This document shows, in pieces, positions 12,483 to 26,087 of a stretch of DNA of 64,000 bases. Location of the stretch: positions 37,820,001 to 37,884,000 of the forward strand of contig NC_043008.1 in assembly GCF_006345805.1 (NCBI RefSeq). The letters run 5' to 3'. The notes below the pieces were generated by a model, which worked only from the letters and a program-made list of their open reading frames with translations, had not been told where the DNA came from and made no database searches. The first letter of the stretch is position 1, and the number at the start of each line of letters is the position of its first letter. The position numbers and the translations under genes were made by a program. The DNA is from Octopus sinensis (Eukaryota).

Positions 12483-13434
12483 ATGTATGTATATGTACAT
12501 ACATACATAAATATATATATATGTATGTGTGTATGTTTGTGTGTGCGTGTGTACGTGTGTGTGTTTGTGTGTGTGTGTGTGCTCAAGATGGATTAGAAAT
12601 CACTAATTTAGCTTTATGTCTATGGAGTCATTTGAACCATAAGCGATGCAGCAGAATATTACTGAAAAATAGATGATGTTCATAATTAGTTGTCCATTGG
12701 TATGATCAAAATGCTTTTGAAGTTCCCAGCTTTCATGAATGGACTGATAAGGATGATAAAGGATGAAAAAAAAAAATATCTGGCACTATACCACCATCCT
12801 CACCATCATCACCATCACCATCATCATCATCGTCATCGTCAACAAGAACTTTTAAATTATTCTTTTTTGAGTTGGTATAAACGATCAGATACCGAGAAAC
12901 ATATGTTTCTTATAACATTTTTTTTGGGGGGGGGGTTGAATTGCCAAGTGTCTTCATAGATCTAATCTTCCCCTTTTATTTTTGTTCTTTTGTAATTTTG
13001 TGTTTTTGTTGACTTAATTTGATAAAATTTATTTTGTCTTCCTTCCCTTGCACCTTGTCCTAACTCGCCCCTTATAATGTTAGTTAACCCTAGCTCCCTG
13101 CTAAGCACAACTCACCCTATCATCTTTTATATCTACCCCAACTCTTTTCTCAATAATCCTTATTATTAATCCAGTCCCTTTCTTCTGTTCCTTACCATAT
13201 TTCCTCTAACTTTTCTTCTTGCTTGCTATCCCATGTCTCTCAGTTTAGATTCATTGCCTATTTTCTCTCTCTCTCTCTCCCTATCTTTTATTATCTTGTA
13301 GTTGTAGGGTTCACTTTAAGCCCTTAACTTAACACATTATGAGATAATGATTGCTAGTGCTAGTACCATGGAAAATGCATTTTTTAGTCTCTGTAGAGTG
13401 GTTGGCCTTAAGAAGTGCATTCAACTATTTACTT

Positions 13435-13641
13435 GCTTATTTTATTTACTTGTTTCAGTCATTTGACTGCGGCCATACTGGAGCACCACCTTTAGTCAAG
13501 CAAATCGATACCAGGACTTATTCTTTGTAAGCCTAGTACTTATTCTATCAGTCTCTTTTGCCGAACCACTAAGTTATGGGGACTTAAACACACCAGCATC
13601 GGTTGTCAAGTGATGTTGGGGGGACAAACCCAGACACACAA

Positions 13642-13726
<85 letters not shown>

Positions 13727-13891
13727 CGACGAGCTTCTTTCGGTTTCCGTCTACCAAATTCACTCACAAGGCTTTGGTCGGCCTGAGGCTATAGTAGAAG
13801 ACACTTGCCCAAGGTGCCACACAGTGGGACTGAATCCGGAACCATGTGGTTGGTAAGCAAGCTACTTACCACACAGCCACTCCTGTGCCTA
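13435..13891 (-). mobile_element. SINE family A, full length
   Basis: Reverse complement of the family A consensus. Confidence 0.92.
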
Positions 13892-16800
13892 TACAATTTA
13901 GGAACTAGGTGATGACGCTTTAACTGGATGACAGATTAAGTTTACCACCCCAGCACAAGAACAGTTCTTGCAACCCACTTCAAGTTTCAATGATCTCTTA
14001 CAAGGCTTTGGTAGATCAGATGTTCTGATAGAAAGTGCTTAACAACAGTGCTGTGCTGTTGTAGGTTTGCTTTCCACCTCATAGTTGTTTCAGATGAATA
14101 TCTGGTCTAAAACGCAAGTCAGAGGATGTGTGAAAATGTCACAGTATTTCAAAATTTATGAAGCAGTTATTGTCAAATTACCAACTGACATCAACAAGAT
14201 GTATAAAAATCTAATCCAGTATTTCCAATTTTATTGATAATTCAACGTTTGGCTTACACTATAACATAAACAAGATATACAAAAATGCAACCCAGTTGGT
14301 ATTTAAAATTTTATGAAGCATTTAATCACGAATGTTGATGGAGCATCAGCAATAGATTAGAATTCAGTTTTAAAATAAAAATTTACATTGAATTCTGCCG
14401 GTTGAATCAGTATGCCAAATGTCTCTCAAAGTAATGTCAAAATACGGTTGATTCAATATTGAATGTTAACTGACATTTCAACGTTGATTAAACATTCAAT
14501 CCACATTGAAGTGCAACACTGAATCAATATAAAATCAATGTGACATTGAATCAACAGAGATATGTGGACCTTAGATCAATGGATGAATTAATATCGAACC
14601 TTTTTTCTTTTCTTCTTTTTTTCGTATTATCAAAGTTGGAACATTTTGTTAGCTTTAATATTTATTTCTGTATAAACTAAAACAGTCGTTTCATGTTGAA
14701 GACTTCTATTTCCAATTAGATTTTGGAAGTTATGGATGGTTTTCTTCTTGTGTGAATTAGATGCTTATATATTCCAGATGAGGATATAGTGTGCTGTGAG
14801 CTGATAATTCAGAACTGTAGTTTGATTATTTGTAAACTTTAATACCATGTGGAAATTTACTGAAGTTGAAATTTCCAGTGTCTTTCTAGAGTTACCAATT
14901 AACTTGATGAACTATCAATTGTCCATTCTACTTGGCACACAAAATTGGCATTGTCTATGCATCGTTGATTTGAAAATGATGCAAACATACACGTACAAAT
15001 GTCAGAACACAGCATTAACCTAGCAGTAGTTATAGGGCAACAACTCTTCTTCAATTCTAGAATATATCCAGTATTGTAAAAATTAATTACATGCACTGAT
15101 AGTCTTCCATATTTTCTGTTCAGCGATTAAATATCATAGAATGTCATCCAATGTAAATTATTTGCTCAAGTTTGTATTAACATTGTAAATTAGAGGTTAG
15201 CGTTTTCTCAAACTAAGAAATTTAGCAGCAAAAATACCATTACCAAGGATGTTGTAAATATGCCTTAAAATAAATGTTGTGATTTTGATTTAATTATGTA
15301 TTTTCTTTTATAATGTCAAAATTTTTTTAATTAAAAAAGAAATTTTTATGAATATATTATATTGATTCAACATTACGAATAATTCATGACTTCCTGATTT
15401 TGTTGTTGTTGTTCAGCCATTGGTCAACCTTGACTAAACAGACAAATGATCAAAGGTGTTCCAGCCATGACCATCATATGTTTTTTTTCATGCATTATGT
15501 TTAACTGAGGTGTCTTGCATTTTTTAACCCTTTTGGTATTAACCAGTCTCAGACTGTTCCTGGTTCTATGATACAAACTTCTCTTTTAAAGTAATTTAAA
15601 TTTAAATTGTCAATCAGAACTGCATTTTGAGTTCTGTCCCCAAAGCCTGCTTCATAATGACAAGCATATTTTGGCAAAATTATTCATTACTTTCGAAATT
15701 AAGTGAAACAAAGTGCATGCATTTCTACTGAAATGTTGTAATAAAAGAGTTTTAAGGCTCAAAAAGCAACTTAAAAGAGACTGACTGACCCTTGATTTTA
15801 TTTGTAACGTTGTGTTCATATAATCTTGATTTACTCTGATGTTGTTTTGATACTGGTTCATTAATAGGCAATCACATAACAATTCCCTGAAGCATTTTTT
15901 TATATTGCATTCTGGTTGATTCTCAGTTGAGTCAGGTGTTTTATATTATTGACCCTTGCTACTCGTACTTGATGACGTCACAACAGGGCAAAGATTGGTG
16001 TCAAAATATCTTCTCTTTAAAATAAGCCAAACTTCATCTGAAGCAGGGTTTTATAATTATTTATTTATTTATTCTTTTTTTGTAAAACGCTTTCATAAAA
16101 ATCCTTGGAACAATTTTTCAGCCAAAAAGTGGGCCAACACTTCAATAACCATTCACAGAATTCAGTCTGGTCATACACAAGATAAATGTTAGGATGTTAG
16201 CAGAAACATGTTTCAACCCTTTTGATGCCAACCCACCCCAAACCACCACTCCTGGCTTTTTGATACAAGCTTCCAGTTTAAAGTGATTTAAATTAAAACT
16301 TTCCATTAAATTTTCATGCTAATTTATTTTTCAAATACCATTTAAATAATGTGGTATGCTCTTGTGAACAGTTAATGTAAAGGAAATAAGCATTTGTTTG
16401 CAACATTTGATAGGTTTAGATGTTTGTATTTGAACTTAAGGAATATGGAATAAGTTGTATAGGATACATATATTTAATTCTTTTATTGCTTACTTATTAT
16501 GAAGCTCTTGAAACATCTAAGTAGTGATTATCATGCATAGAACTATTTCATTCTTTTTAGAACTTCTCAACATGACTTATCCCAAGCTATATTAATTAGG
16601 CATTTATGAAGTGAGACATTTCCTACAGATGGAAAATAAATACAGTATGGAAGAAATTCTTGGTAAATGTTTATTCCTTTTCCTTCATAAAATGTTAGTA
16701 GTTAAGCAATCAAGAAAAAAAGACAGAGAAATTTCTTAGGGATCATATACAGAGTAACTGTTTCCAGAGAGTCCTACTATATGAAGGTGCTTTACAGTAG

Positions 16801-16939
16801 CTAATATTTCAGTTTGAACTACAAATGAAATTCACAAGCCATTTTTGATATATTCTTTGATAATGAATTTCAATATTTTAAATCCAGATTTGTCACCATT
16901 AACAGGGGTGTTCAGACCTACTTCACTCTTATAGCAACC

Positions 16940-17290
16940 ACTCTCACCATCTTTCCCAGTTTTGGGCATCCTCCCTCCTCAAGCCAACCCTCCCAATCTC
17001 TTCCTCCTCCTGTCCCTTTCACGCTTTCTTTGGTCGACTTCGCTTTTGCAGTTCATTCACTTTAAACTCAAGCCCTCTCCTCAGAACATGATCCTCATCC
17101 CTCCTCAACACATGTTCATACCACTGCACTCCATTCACCCTTGCCAGCTGTTCCACCAAATTCTCCAACCCCAGCATCCCCATCAAGTCCTCAGCCTTCT
17201 TTTTATCCAATAGATTCACACCACACATTGCTCTCTTGGTCCTTCTTAAAATTGCCATTTCACTTTCCCTCAAACACCATGTCTCACTCT
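16940..17290 (-). mobile_element. RTE/RTEX LINE ORF2 C-terminal fragment
   Basis: ORF 17019-17273: RAMCGV...QWYEHVLRRDEDHVLRRGLEF...RSRPKK, matching the RTE WFGHVLRR...RGRPK motif. Confidence 0.85.
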
Positions 17291-18274
17291 TTAAGGTATA
17301 GATATTAGTTTCAAGCTATTATTTCATAATAGTAATCTTGCATTCCACAGTGGCAGAAGCATTTCATTGTAGACATAATCGCTTAACACTTTGACTTTTA
17401 AATTCACATCCAGAGATTTTCAAACACATGGTGTTCACTTGCAAACAGTTAATATAAGGGAGATAATCATTTCTTCATAATTAAAAGTTTAAAGCTGAAA
17501 ATATTTTCATTATTTTAAAAATTAATGGAAGCAAAAGCTATGTATTTTAACAGGAATATAGCAAGAAAAGGCTAAACAAGTATTAGGAAAAAATCCCACA
17601 AGATTACATAAATTTATAGGAACTTCATGAAAGAAAGAATGGCAAAACATGTCTAAAAAACGTATAAACAAAGTAACCCTTATATAAATTTGTCTCAGAC
17701 AGAAGTGGCTGTCATAAAAGGACTGGATTCTATTATATTTCTATGATCTTTTTAACTTCTTAAACAACTTGACAACTAGATTTCTGCTGTATATTTTATT
17801 CAATTATATTGTAATTCTACGAGATAACTTGTTTAAAGTTATTAATCTAAGTCTATTTTTAAAGTTCTGCTCAGACCAGGAAATATATACATTTTTGTTA
17901 CAATACATTTACTTCTGAGTTTTTGCTTTGCCTCAATATTAATTTTATTTTTATATTTTATTTTTTATTACTTATCTAATACTGATAAATAATATTTAAA
18001 ACTAATGCTAGTGGCACCACTCTTGTATTTCACTTTCAAAATTTCCAAACCCCAAAATAGAAAAATAAAAACCAAAACTATTAAATATATGGTCATTGGC
18101 TAATAGAATAGAAAGCATTATTTTTCTGCATAGAACTAGATTTTCTTTTTGCTGGCGGCATTGCCAAAAGAAAGATCTTGATTTTCTTCAAGAAAATATT
18201 ATTAAGCTTTCACTGAGACACTGGGAATTTATGATTATTTCTTCTTCTTCGTTATTCTTGTTGTTGTTGTTATT

Positions 18275-18305
<31 letters not shown>

Positions 18306-18330
18306 CTATCAGTATTAACATTATCGTTAC

Positions 18331-18387
<57 letters not shown>

Positions 18388-19308
18388 TATTTTTATTATT
18401 ATTATTATTATCATCATCATCATCATCATCATCATCATATGAGGTTATTGGTTAGATTGAACTGGAATTTTCTGTAGAGAAACTGTTAGAAAACTTTTCC
18501 CAGTTATTAGTGGAAACTAGTTTGGAACTATCTCGTCTTGTTAACTTGTATGACCAATTTACTTTACTTGTGGCTAGAGAGACACTCTTATGCTCTTGTC
18601 CATCTGTCTGACTTCTTAATGATTAACGAATAAGAAAATAGATAGGTGGTTGCAATGCTGTTGCCATTGTTGTTGTTTTTGTTGGTAGTGGTGGGAGTGG
18701 AGGTGGCTGGCAGAAATATTAGAATGATTCAGAAAAAAAAATCATGTTACTTAACTATTTCTCTTTATAGTCTGAGTTCCAAACTCCATAGGTTCACATT
18801 TCATTTCCCCCATCTGGGCCTGTACAAGTTATGTACTGGAACTTACCATAACAATAACCCACAAAAAATAGAAAGAAACGAAAAAAATGTTAGTTTGTGC
18901 TAAAATGATAAACTCGTTAATATTACAATTATTATTGCCAAGAAATAATTATTATTTGAAAAGGTTAAAATATAATTTATTATTTTTACTAATAGGCACA
19001 AGAGTGTCTGTGTGGTTAAGAAGCTTGTTTTGCAACCACATAAATTTGGGTTCAGTCTCATTGTGTGGCACCTTAAGCAAGTGTCTTCAACAATAACCCT
19101 AGTTTGATCAAAACCTTGTGAGTGCTATCTCTCATTAATTTCTTTTATTTAAGATTTTCCCCTTAAGAATGGCATATTGCATTTTCCACTCTTCAGGGCA
19201 AGTTCACTGAATTCCTTTCACTGAATTTTCTACATGATATAAGTCTTGCTGATGCAGACCAACACTAACCGTTTTTGCAATCTAATTATATGTATATGTA
19301 TGTGTGTG

Positions 19309-19342
<34 letters not shown>

Positions 19343-19343
<1 letters not shown>

Positions 19344-19900
19344 TGGGTTGTCTGGAAAGTTCGTGCCGATTTTTAAAGGAAAGAAAAAATAAATACTTGC
19401 CATTACATTTTAATCAACCAAATATGAACCATTTTGTTGCACAATGCGTCTCCATCTTTCCTTTAACTTAAAAATACCCTCTTTCCAGAATTGAGGGGGT
19501 TTCATGGCAAAGAATTCATCAAGGTATCTTTTTACATCATACAAGGAATTGACATTTTTAACATTAAGACTATTCTGCAGAGACTTGAATAAGTGGAAAT
19601 CTGAAGGACCAATATCTGGTGAATATGGAGGTTGGGGTAACACATCTCAGCCGAGCTGCTGCAATTTTTGTCTGGTTCCCAAAGCATCAAGTGCCGAAAA
19701 GGAACCTTCTTATCTTCCATTTTAAAGGGTTAGAGAATTAACACAAGTTATAGGAACATAAACCTTCTTCCACAAAAAGATAGCTTAAAATGTTCTCTAA
19801 ATGAAGGTGTAGTCAAATTCTATTTTATGGACTCAACCATGTTCTAAAATAAGTGGAAAGGTAAGCTACTATAAATCAGCACGAACTTTCTGGACAACTC

Positions 19901-19902
<2 letters not shown>
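19343..19902 (-). mobile_element. Internally deleted mariner transposon
   Basis: About 28-bp TIRs (TTGGGTTGTCTGGAAAGTTCGTGCCGATT / AATCAGCACGAACTTTCTGGACAACTCTA) in (TA)n; ORF 19410-19643 has PYSPDIGPSDFHLF and the C-terminal GSYL end. Confidence 0.92.
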
Positions 19903-19931
<29 letters not shown>

Positions 19932-20388
19932 TATATATATACCAAATGAAAGACAGAAATGGAATATATGAGAATTCATATAAGTTACACATGTACACCT
20001 TTAATATGAATACGTATTTGTATTTAATGTACACTGTGTTAAAATGAGTGCTACTAATAGTTTCTTACCATTGAGACACGTAGTTAGGCTGATTTTCATA
20101 CTGAGCCTCGTGTCTATAGGAAGTCTGAAGGCTTTGGGCACATGTTTATTCTATTTGAAAAATGGACACTGGTACATAAAAAATTGTGAAAGTTGATAGG
20201 AAATGTGCAATGAGAAGACAAAGGATGAATAAAAATGGAAAAAGAAAAGAGAGAAAGTAGCATGTGTGTATGTTATGCTTGTATACAAGTCATATATATG
20301 TGTAAGTTATATGTATATAAGTCATGTTTGTATATGTCATACATAATCTATATACATACATATATACATACTTACACACACACACACA

Positions 20389-20440
<52 letters not shown>

Positions 20441-20445
<5 letters not shown>

Positions 20446-20790
20446 TTTTATGTGTTTCAGTCATTTGACTCCAGCCATGCTGGAGCACTGCCTTTAGTTG
20501 AGCAAATTGACCCCAGGACTTATTCTTTGTAAGCCTAATACTTATTCTATCAGTCTCTTTTGCCGAATTGCTAAGTGACGGGGACATAAACACACCAGCA
20601 TCGGTTGTCAAGCAATGTTGGGGGAACACACACACACATTCAATGGGCTTCTTTCAGTTTCCATCTATCAAATCCACTCACAAGGCTTTCGTCAGCTCGA
20701 GGCTATAGTAGAAGTCACTTGCCCAAGGTGCCACAAAGTGGGACTGAACCATGTGGTTGGTAAGCAAGCTACTTACTACACAGCCACTTC
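20441..20790 (-). mobile_element. SINE family A
   Basis: Reverse complement of the family A consensus with a short internal deletion. Confidence 0.88.
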
Positions 20791-20819
20791 TATAGATATA
20801 TATATATATTTGTGTGCGT

Positions 20820-20852
<33 letters not shown>

Positions 20853-21477
20853 AAATGCATATATATAAAAACATTTAAGTCCCACATGTATGTAAATCAT
20901 CCATATATACATCATACATGTATATATGTCACTCATGTATATGTCATATGTGCACTCAAGTCACATTTCTTTTGTGCTTCTTATAAGTCATGTATTGCTT
21001 ATGGTGAATATGTTTTGCAACTTCACTTGCAGTTGTATTTAAAGAAATTTTGCTTTTGAAAAATTCCAAATCATTGACATTAGTGTATAACAAAGTCCCA
21101 AAACCATAGATATCACATAGTAATGTATTTCTTTGATCTATACCCAGAACAAACAGACCAACCGATGCTTTTAAATCACCATTCCAGATTGACTGACAGT
21201 ATGAGCAGCATCTAATGGGAATTAGGTTTATAGTTGGCCAATAGAGAACTAAGTTTATGTTTTGTACACACGGAAAGCATGGATATATAAATTCATAAAA
21301 CCGCATATCGTTACATGTATGATTGTAACAGAATTCAATTTCTGTTTAAGCAGTCATTTTTGTTTTTGTACATATCATCAGTGTACATGTTTCATAACAA
21401 TGATATTTGGATTATATAGTAATGACATTATCAACTTACAAAATCATTTGTCTGTGTGTGCATGCGTGTGTGTGTGT

Positions 21478-21513
<36 letters not shown>

Positions 21514-21654
21514 GTGGTGTGCAAGGATGAGTGCATGTAAGTGTTCATGTGTGCAGTAAATTTCTAACCCAGAGCATGGTTTGGTAAATAAATCATATGC
21601 AGATTTTCATAACTATCATCATCATCATCATCATCGTCGTCGTCATCGTCATCA

Positions 21655-22140
21655 TCATCATCATTGTTTAATATCTGACTTCCATGAATGCATGGGTGGC
21701 ATGACTGACAGGAGCCTGACAGGTAGAAGACTACCCCAGGCTACTGTGTCTGTTTTGGCAGGGTTTTTACAACTGCCCTTCCTAACACCAAACACTCTAC
21801 AGAGTGACTCAGTGCTTTTTATGTGGCACTAGCACATGCGAGGTCAGTGTTGGCATGGTTTTTACAGCTGGGTGCCCTTCCAAATGCCAACCACTTTACA
21901 ATATGGACTGGATGCTTTTTTACGTGGCACCAGCACTGGCTGGGTCATCAAGTAATTTGCAAGACAAGGAATTTTGAGAGATGCAGGGGAATTGGTGGAG
22001 GGGATCTTGTGTCAGATGATGAAAGGTTAGAGTTTGATGGAAAGACAGAGAGGCAGAAACAAGTGTCTTGCTATAGTAGAAAGGTACTAGAGGAAGTGAT
22101 CTTGTGTTGGATGATGAAAGGTTAGAGTATGACAGAGAAA
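21655..22140 (-). mobile_element. RTE-tail SINE-like repeat with duplicated GGATGCCCTTCC.AA.GCCAACC motif
   Basis: Motif shared with 24340-24390 and, on the plus strand, 62270-62300; internal tandem duplications. Confidence 0.6.
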
Positions 22141-22334
22141 TGTGACTTATCTACAAGCATATATGGTATGTCTTCAGTTTCATTTGAGGTGTTTAAGAAA
22201 TAAAAAGTGAGCACATGTACAAATATAAGCAGAAGCAATACAGTTCTATATTTAAGAGATGAGGAATTATGTACATTATTTACATTACTTACATTATTTA
22301 CATTTAACGGATATTTGTCCTCGTTTTGTTTGTT

Positions 22335-22380
22335 GTTAGCATGTTTCGGCTGATATACCCTCCAACATTCATCAGGTGTC
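22335..22380 (-). ncRNA. Minimal type-I hammerhead ribozyme-like motif (degenerate)
   Basis: Minus strand GACAC-CTGATGA-A-TGTTG-GAGGGTATAT-CAGCC-GAAAC-ATGC. Confidence 0.55.
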
Positions 22381-22461
22381 TTGGGGAAATTTTGAACATG
22401 GGTTCGAATTCCTAAGGTATTTTTTGATGTTATCGTTATTATTGTTGATATTATTATTATC

Positions 22462-22515
<54 letters not shown>

Positions 22516-22623
22516 TTTATTATTCAGGTCACTGCCTGGAATTGAACTCAGAGTCTTGGGGTTAGTAACCTGCACTCTTAACTACGACGCCACGTAGATT
22601 CCAAGTTCGATTCCAGGCAGTGA

Positions 22624-22684
<61 letters not shown>

Positions 22685-22744
22685 GATAATAAAAACATCG
22701 AAAAATACCTTAGGAATGTGAACCCAAGTTCGAAATTTCACCAA

Positions 22745-22790
22745 GACACCTGATGAAGACTGGAGGGTATATCAGTTGAAATGTTATGTT
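22745..22790 (+). ncRNA. Minimal type-I hammerhead ribozyme-like motif (degenerate)
   Basis: GACAC-CTGATGA-A-GACTG-GAGGGTATAT-CAGTT-GAAA-TGTT-ATGTT; stem II GACTG/CAGTT pairs fully, stem I GACAC/ATGTT pairs 4 of 5. Confidence 0.6.
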
Positions 22791-23749
22791 AACAACAAAC
22801 AAGATGAGGACAAATATCTGTCAAACGTAAATAATAAGCAGAAGCAAGTAAAATAATATTGTAACTATTTTGTGATTAGTTACCTAAATCCTCCAAAATT
22901 TTATGGAAGTTTATTCTCAAAATAGTAGATGACATGTGTCTGCAACCTTTTTTTTTTCTCTCAGCTTCAACTGCACATCATTGCTCAATTTGCTTTGCAA
23001 GAATTCAACACTCTGTGTTGAAATAAATATTGCTATACTTTGAGAGGGTCATTCTGCCTCCAAACACGCATACACACACAGGGTGTGGTTTACTTCAGTT
23101 TTAATTGTATTGCCACAAAACTTTCATCAAATATCTGGAAAATTGAAAATTATTGTAAAGGCCACAGATGTGTGATGAAAATTTCTGACAATATAACAAA
23201 AACCTGAAGTGAACTACAACCAGTGTATGTATTTATTGGCAGTATGATCCTTGCAAAATCTAATAAATTGTGCTAATACTATTTTCAGTCCTTCAAAATG
23301 TTTCTATAATATCAATATTAACGCTGGTTTTAAAGTGTTTTAAGCAGAGTTTTGCTAATGCAAACTGAGAGTTTCAATCTTCTGACCAATCTTTTTCAAT
23401 ATTTTTCATCTTTTTTTTTTTTGCATCCCCTTAGCTGTCATGATGTAACAAAACCTAATAGATAAAATGCTGTTAAGCATTTTGCCCAACATGCTAACGA
23501 TTCTGCCACCACTACTTCTACAGATAATCCTTCACCAGTTTCTTATTTATGGTTTTATTTTGCCATACCTGTTCCCTTGTCAAACTGAATCAATAATATT
23601 ATTCTGCTTGTCATGATGTGTGCTTGAGTGTTACACTTTTAACAACATTTAACAAAATCAATAACATTCTTTTATTCTTTTTTTTTTATTCTTTCCCTTG
23701 TATTCATCACTAGACTGTGGTCAACATGCATGTCCATACATATACTAAT

Positions 23750-23777
23750 TTATCTATCTATCTATCTATCTATCTAT

Positions 23778-23809
<32 letters not shown>

Positions 23810-23831
23810 CTATCCATATATCCATCTATCC

Positions 23832-23890
<59 letters not shown>

Positions 23891-23900
23891 AATCTATCTA
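23750..23900. repeat. (TCTA)n microsatellite
   Basis: Directly visible. Confidence 0.95.
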
Positions 23901-24239
23901 TCAGTCAATCTATACATCTGTCCGTCTCTCTCTCTTCCTCCCTCCTCTCCATCTTTCTATATATTTATATAAAAGTTCAATTAGAGGTTAAATAAGCCTC
24001 ATTAAGGGATAATTATTTCCCAAGAATTTACTTGTTACTTACCTATTATCTATTTTCAATATTAGTTTTAATACTCAAAAATAGGTAATTAAATATACCG
24101 AGGTTTATATTTAAAGGAAAATAAGAATATAGAGATAAATCAATTAATAATTATATCTATTAATTTTTGTAATTAATAAATATAATTATTAATTGATTTA
24201 TCTCTATTTTATTATTTTTCATATTTTTCTTATATATAT

Positions 24240-24490
24240 GATCATCATCATCGTTTTACGTCCGTTTTCCATGCTAGCATGGGTTGGACAGTTTGACCAG
24301 GGTCTGGGAAGCCAGGAGGCTGCACCAGGCTCCAGTCTGAATTAGTAGTGTTTCTGCAGCTGGATGCCCTTCCTAACGCCAACCACTCTGTGAGTGTAGT
24401 GGGTGCTTTTTACGTGCCACCGGCACAGGGGCCAGAGGGGGCTGGCAAATGGCCACGATCGAGTGGTGCTTTTTACATGTCACCGACAAG
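24240..24490 (-). mobile_element. RTE-tail SINE-like repeat
   Basis: CATCATCGTTTTACGTCCGTTTTCCATGCTAGCATGGGTTGGAC...GGATGCCCTTCCTAACGCCAACC. Confidence 0.7.
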
Positions 24491-24689
24491 GACATATATA
24501 TATATATATATATATATCTGTTTAATCATCTATATATATTTTGGTTTATGAATTCAATAAAAGCAACAATGCAATGGAAAGTGCAAGGAATATTAATGCA
24601 GTATCTGGAGAACGGACAATAAGCATAAGCCAGTGTCAACAGCAGTTCCAGTGATGTATAACAACATCCAATAGTCTGGTCAATGTGTA

Positions 24690-24741
<52 letters not shown>

Positions 24742-24774
24742 CAAACATGCATACAACTGCACACAAACACACAT

Positions 24775-25203
24775 GTTCTTTTATTCTTTTATTTGGTTCA
24801 GTAATTTGACTGTGGCCATGCTGGAGTATCACCTTTAGTCGAATAAATTGACCCCAGAACGTATTCTTTGTAAGCATAGTACATTTTCTATTAGTCTCTT
24901 TTGCCGATCTGCTAAGTTGCAGGGACGTAAGCACACCAACATCAATTGTCAAGCAATGGTGGGGGACAAACACAAACACACAAATACATACATACATACA
25001 TAATAGGCATAGAAGTGGCTGTGTGGTAAGTAGCTTGTTTACGAAACACATGGTTCCGGGTTCAGTCCCACTGCATGGCATCTTAGGCAAGTGTCTTCTG
25101 CTATAGCCTCGGGCCGACCAAAGCCTTTTGAGTGGATTTGGTAGGCGGAAACTGAAAGAACCTCGTTGTATATGTGTGTGTATATATATATATATGTATA
25201 TAG

Positions 25204-25241
<38 letters not shown>

Positions 25242-25600
25242 ATATATGTTTGTGTGTCTATGTTTGTCCTCGCAACATCGCTTGACAACCGATGCTGGTG
25301 TGTTTACGGCCCCCATAACTTAGTGGTTCAGCAAGAGAGACCAATCGAATAAGTACTAGGCTTACAAAGAATAAGTCCTGGGGTCGATTTGCTCGACTGA
25401 AAGGCAGTGCTCCAGCACGGCCACAATCAAATGACTGAAAGAAGTAAAATAGTAAAAGAGTACATACAAACACACAAATGCACACACACACACACACACA
25501 CATAAATGAATGGCTTCTTCACAGTCTCTGTCTAACAAATTCACTCACAACTTATTGATCAGCCCAAAACTATAATAGAAGACACTAAATGTGGTATTGA
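24775..25600 (-). mobile_element. Older SINE family A copy split by a nested insertion
   Basis: Tail half at 24775-24990 and degenerate 5' half at about 25505-25600. Confidence 0.7.
25002..25460 (+). mobile_element. SINE family A, nested in the microsatellite of the opposite-strand copy
   Basis: Full head-to-tail match with the family A consensus. Confidence 0.9.
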
Positions 25601-26040
25601 ACCAAAAGCCTTGCACATAACAATCAAATATTTTTAACATAATGCAACAAGTTTGTGTGTTGTGCTTTAACACCCTTAACTATGGAGAAATTCAAGGCAT
25701 AAATTCAAATCATTACTATAATGATATACATGAAATTGTTATGCTTTAAACAATTTATCTTCGGAATGGAAGCAAAGACATAAATAAAATCTTTAACTTA
25801 AACAATTTAATGTATATTTATGAATTTTTGCACCAAAATAGGATTAAGAATGTATATATAATTGAGTAATTTCCCAGAGTCCTCCTCATCATCATTATCA
25901 TCATCAACATTAAAACCTTTATCATCTTCATCACATCATTTTTCTAACATTCATTTTTCATGTTGGCATAGGTTAGCTGGTTTGATGGACACCAATGTGC
26001 CATATGATTGTACCAAGCTCCAATGTCTTCTTTGGCATGA

Positions 26041-26087
<47 letters not shown>

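Larger units (their letters stand above)
22239..22833. mobile_element. Head-to-head inverted pair of a tRNA-headed, (AAT)n-containing, hammerhead-bearing non-coding retroelement
   Basis: The arms are reverse complements; B-box-like GAGTTCAATTCC/AAGTTCGATTCC; flanked by the 14-bp direct repeat ATAAGCAGAAGCAA (22225-22238 and 22834-22847). Confidence 0.85.

Noticed and set aside
15973-15980. CRE-like palindrome TGACGTCA
   Set aside because: A single 8-mer with no promoter context; about one is expected by chance at this scale.
20956-21306. 116-aa minus-strand ORF
   Set aside because: No recognisable motif and weak splice signals; could be chance in AT-rich DNA.
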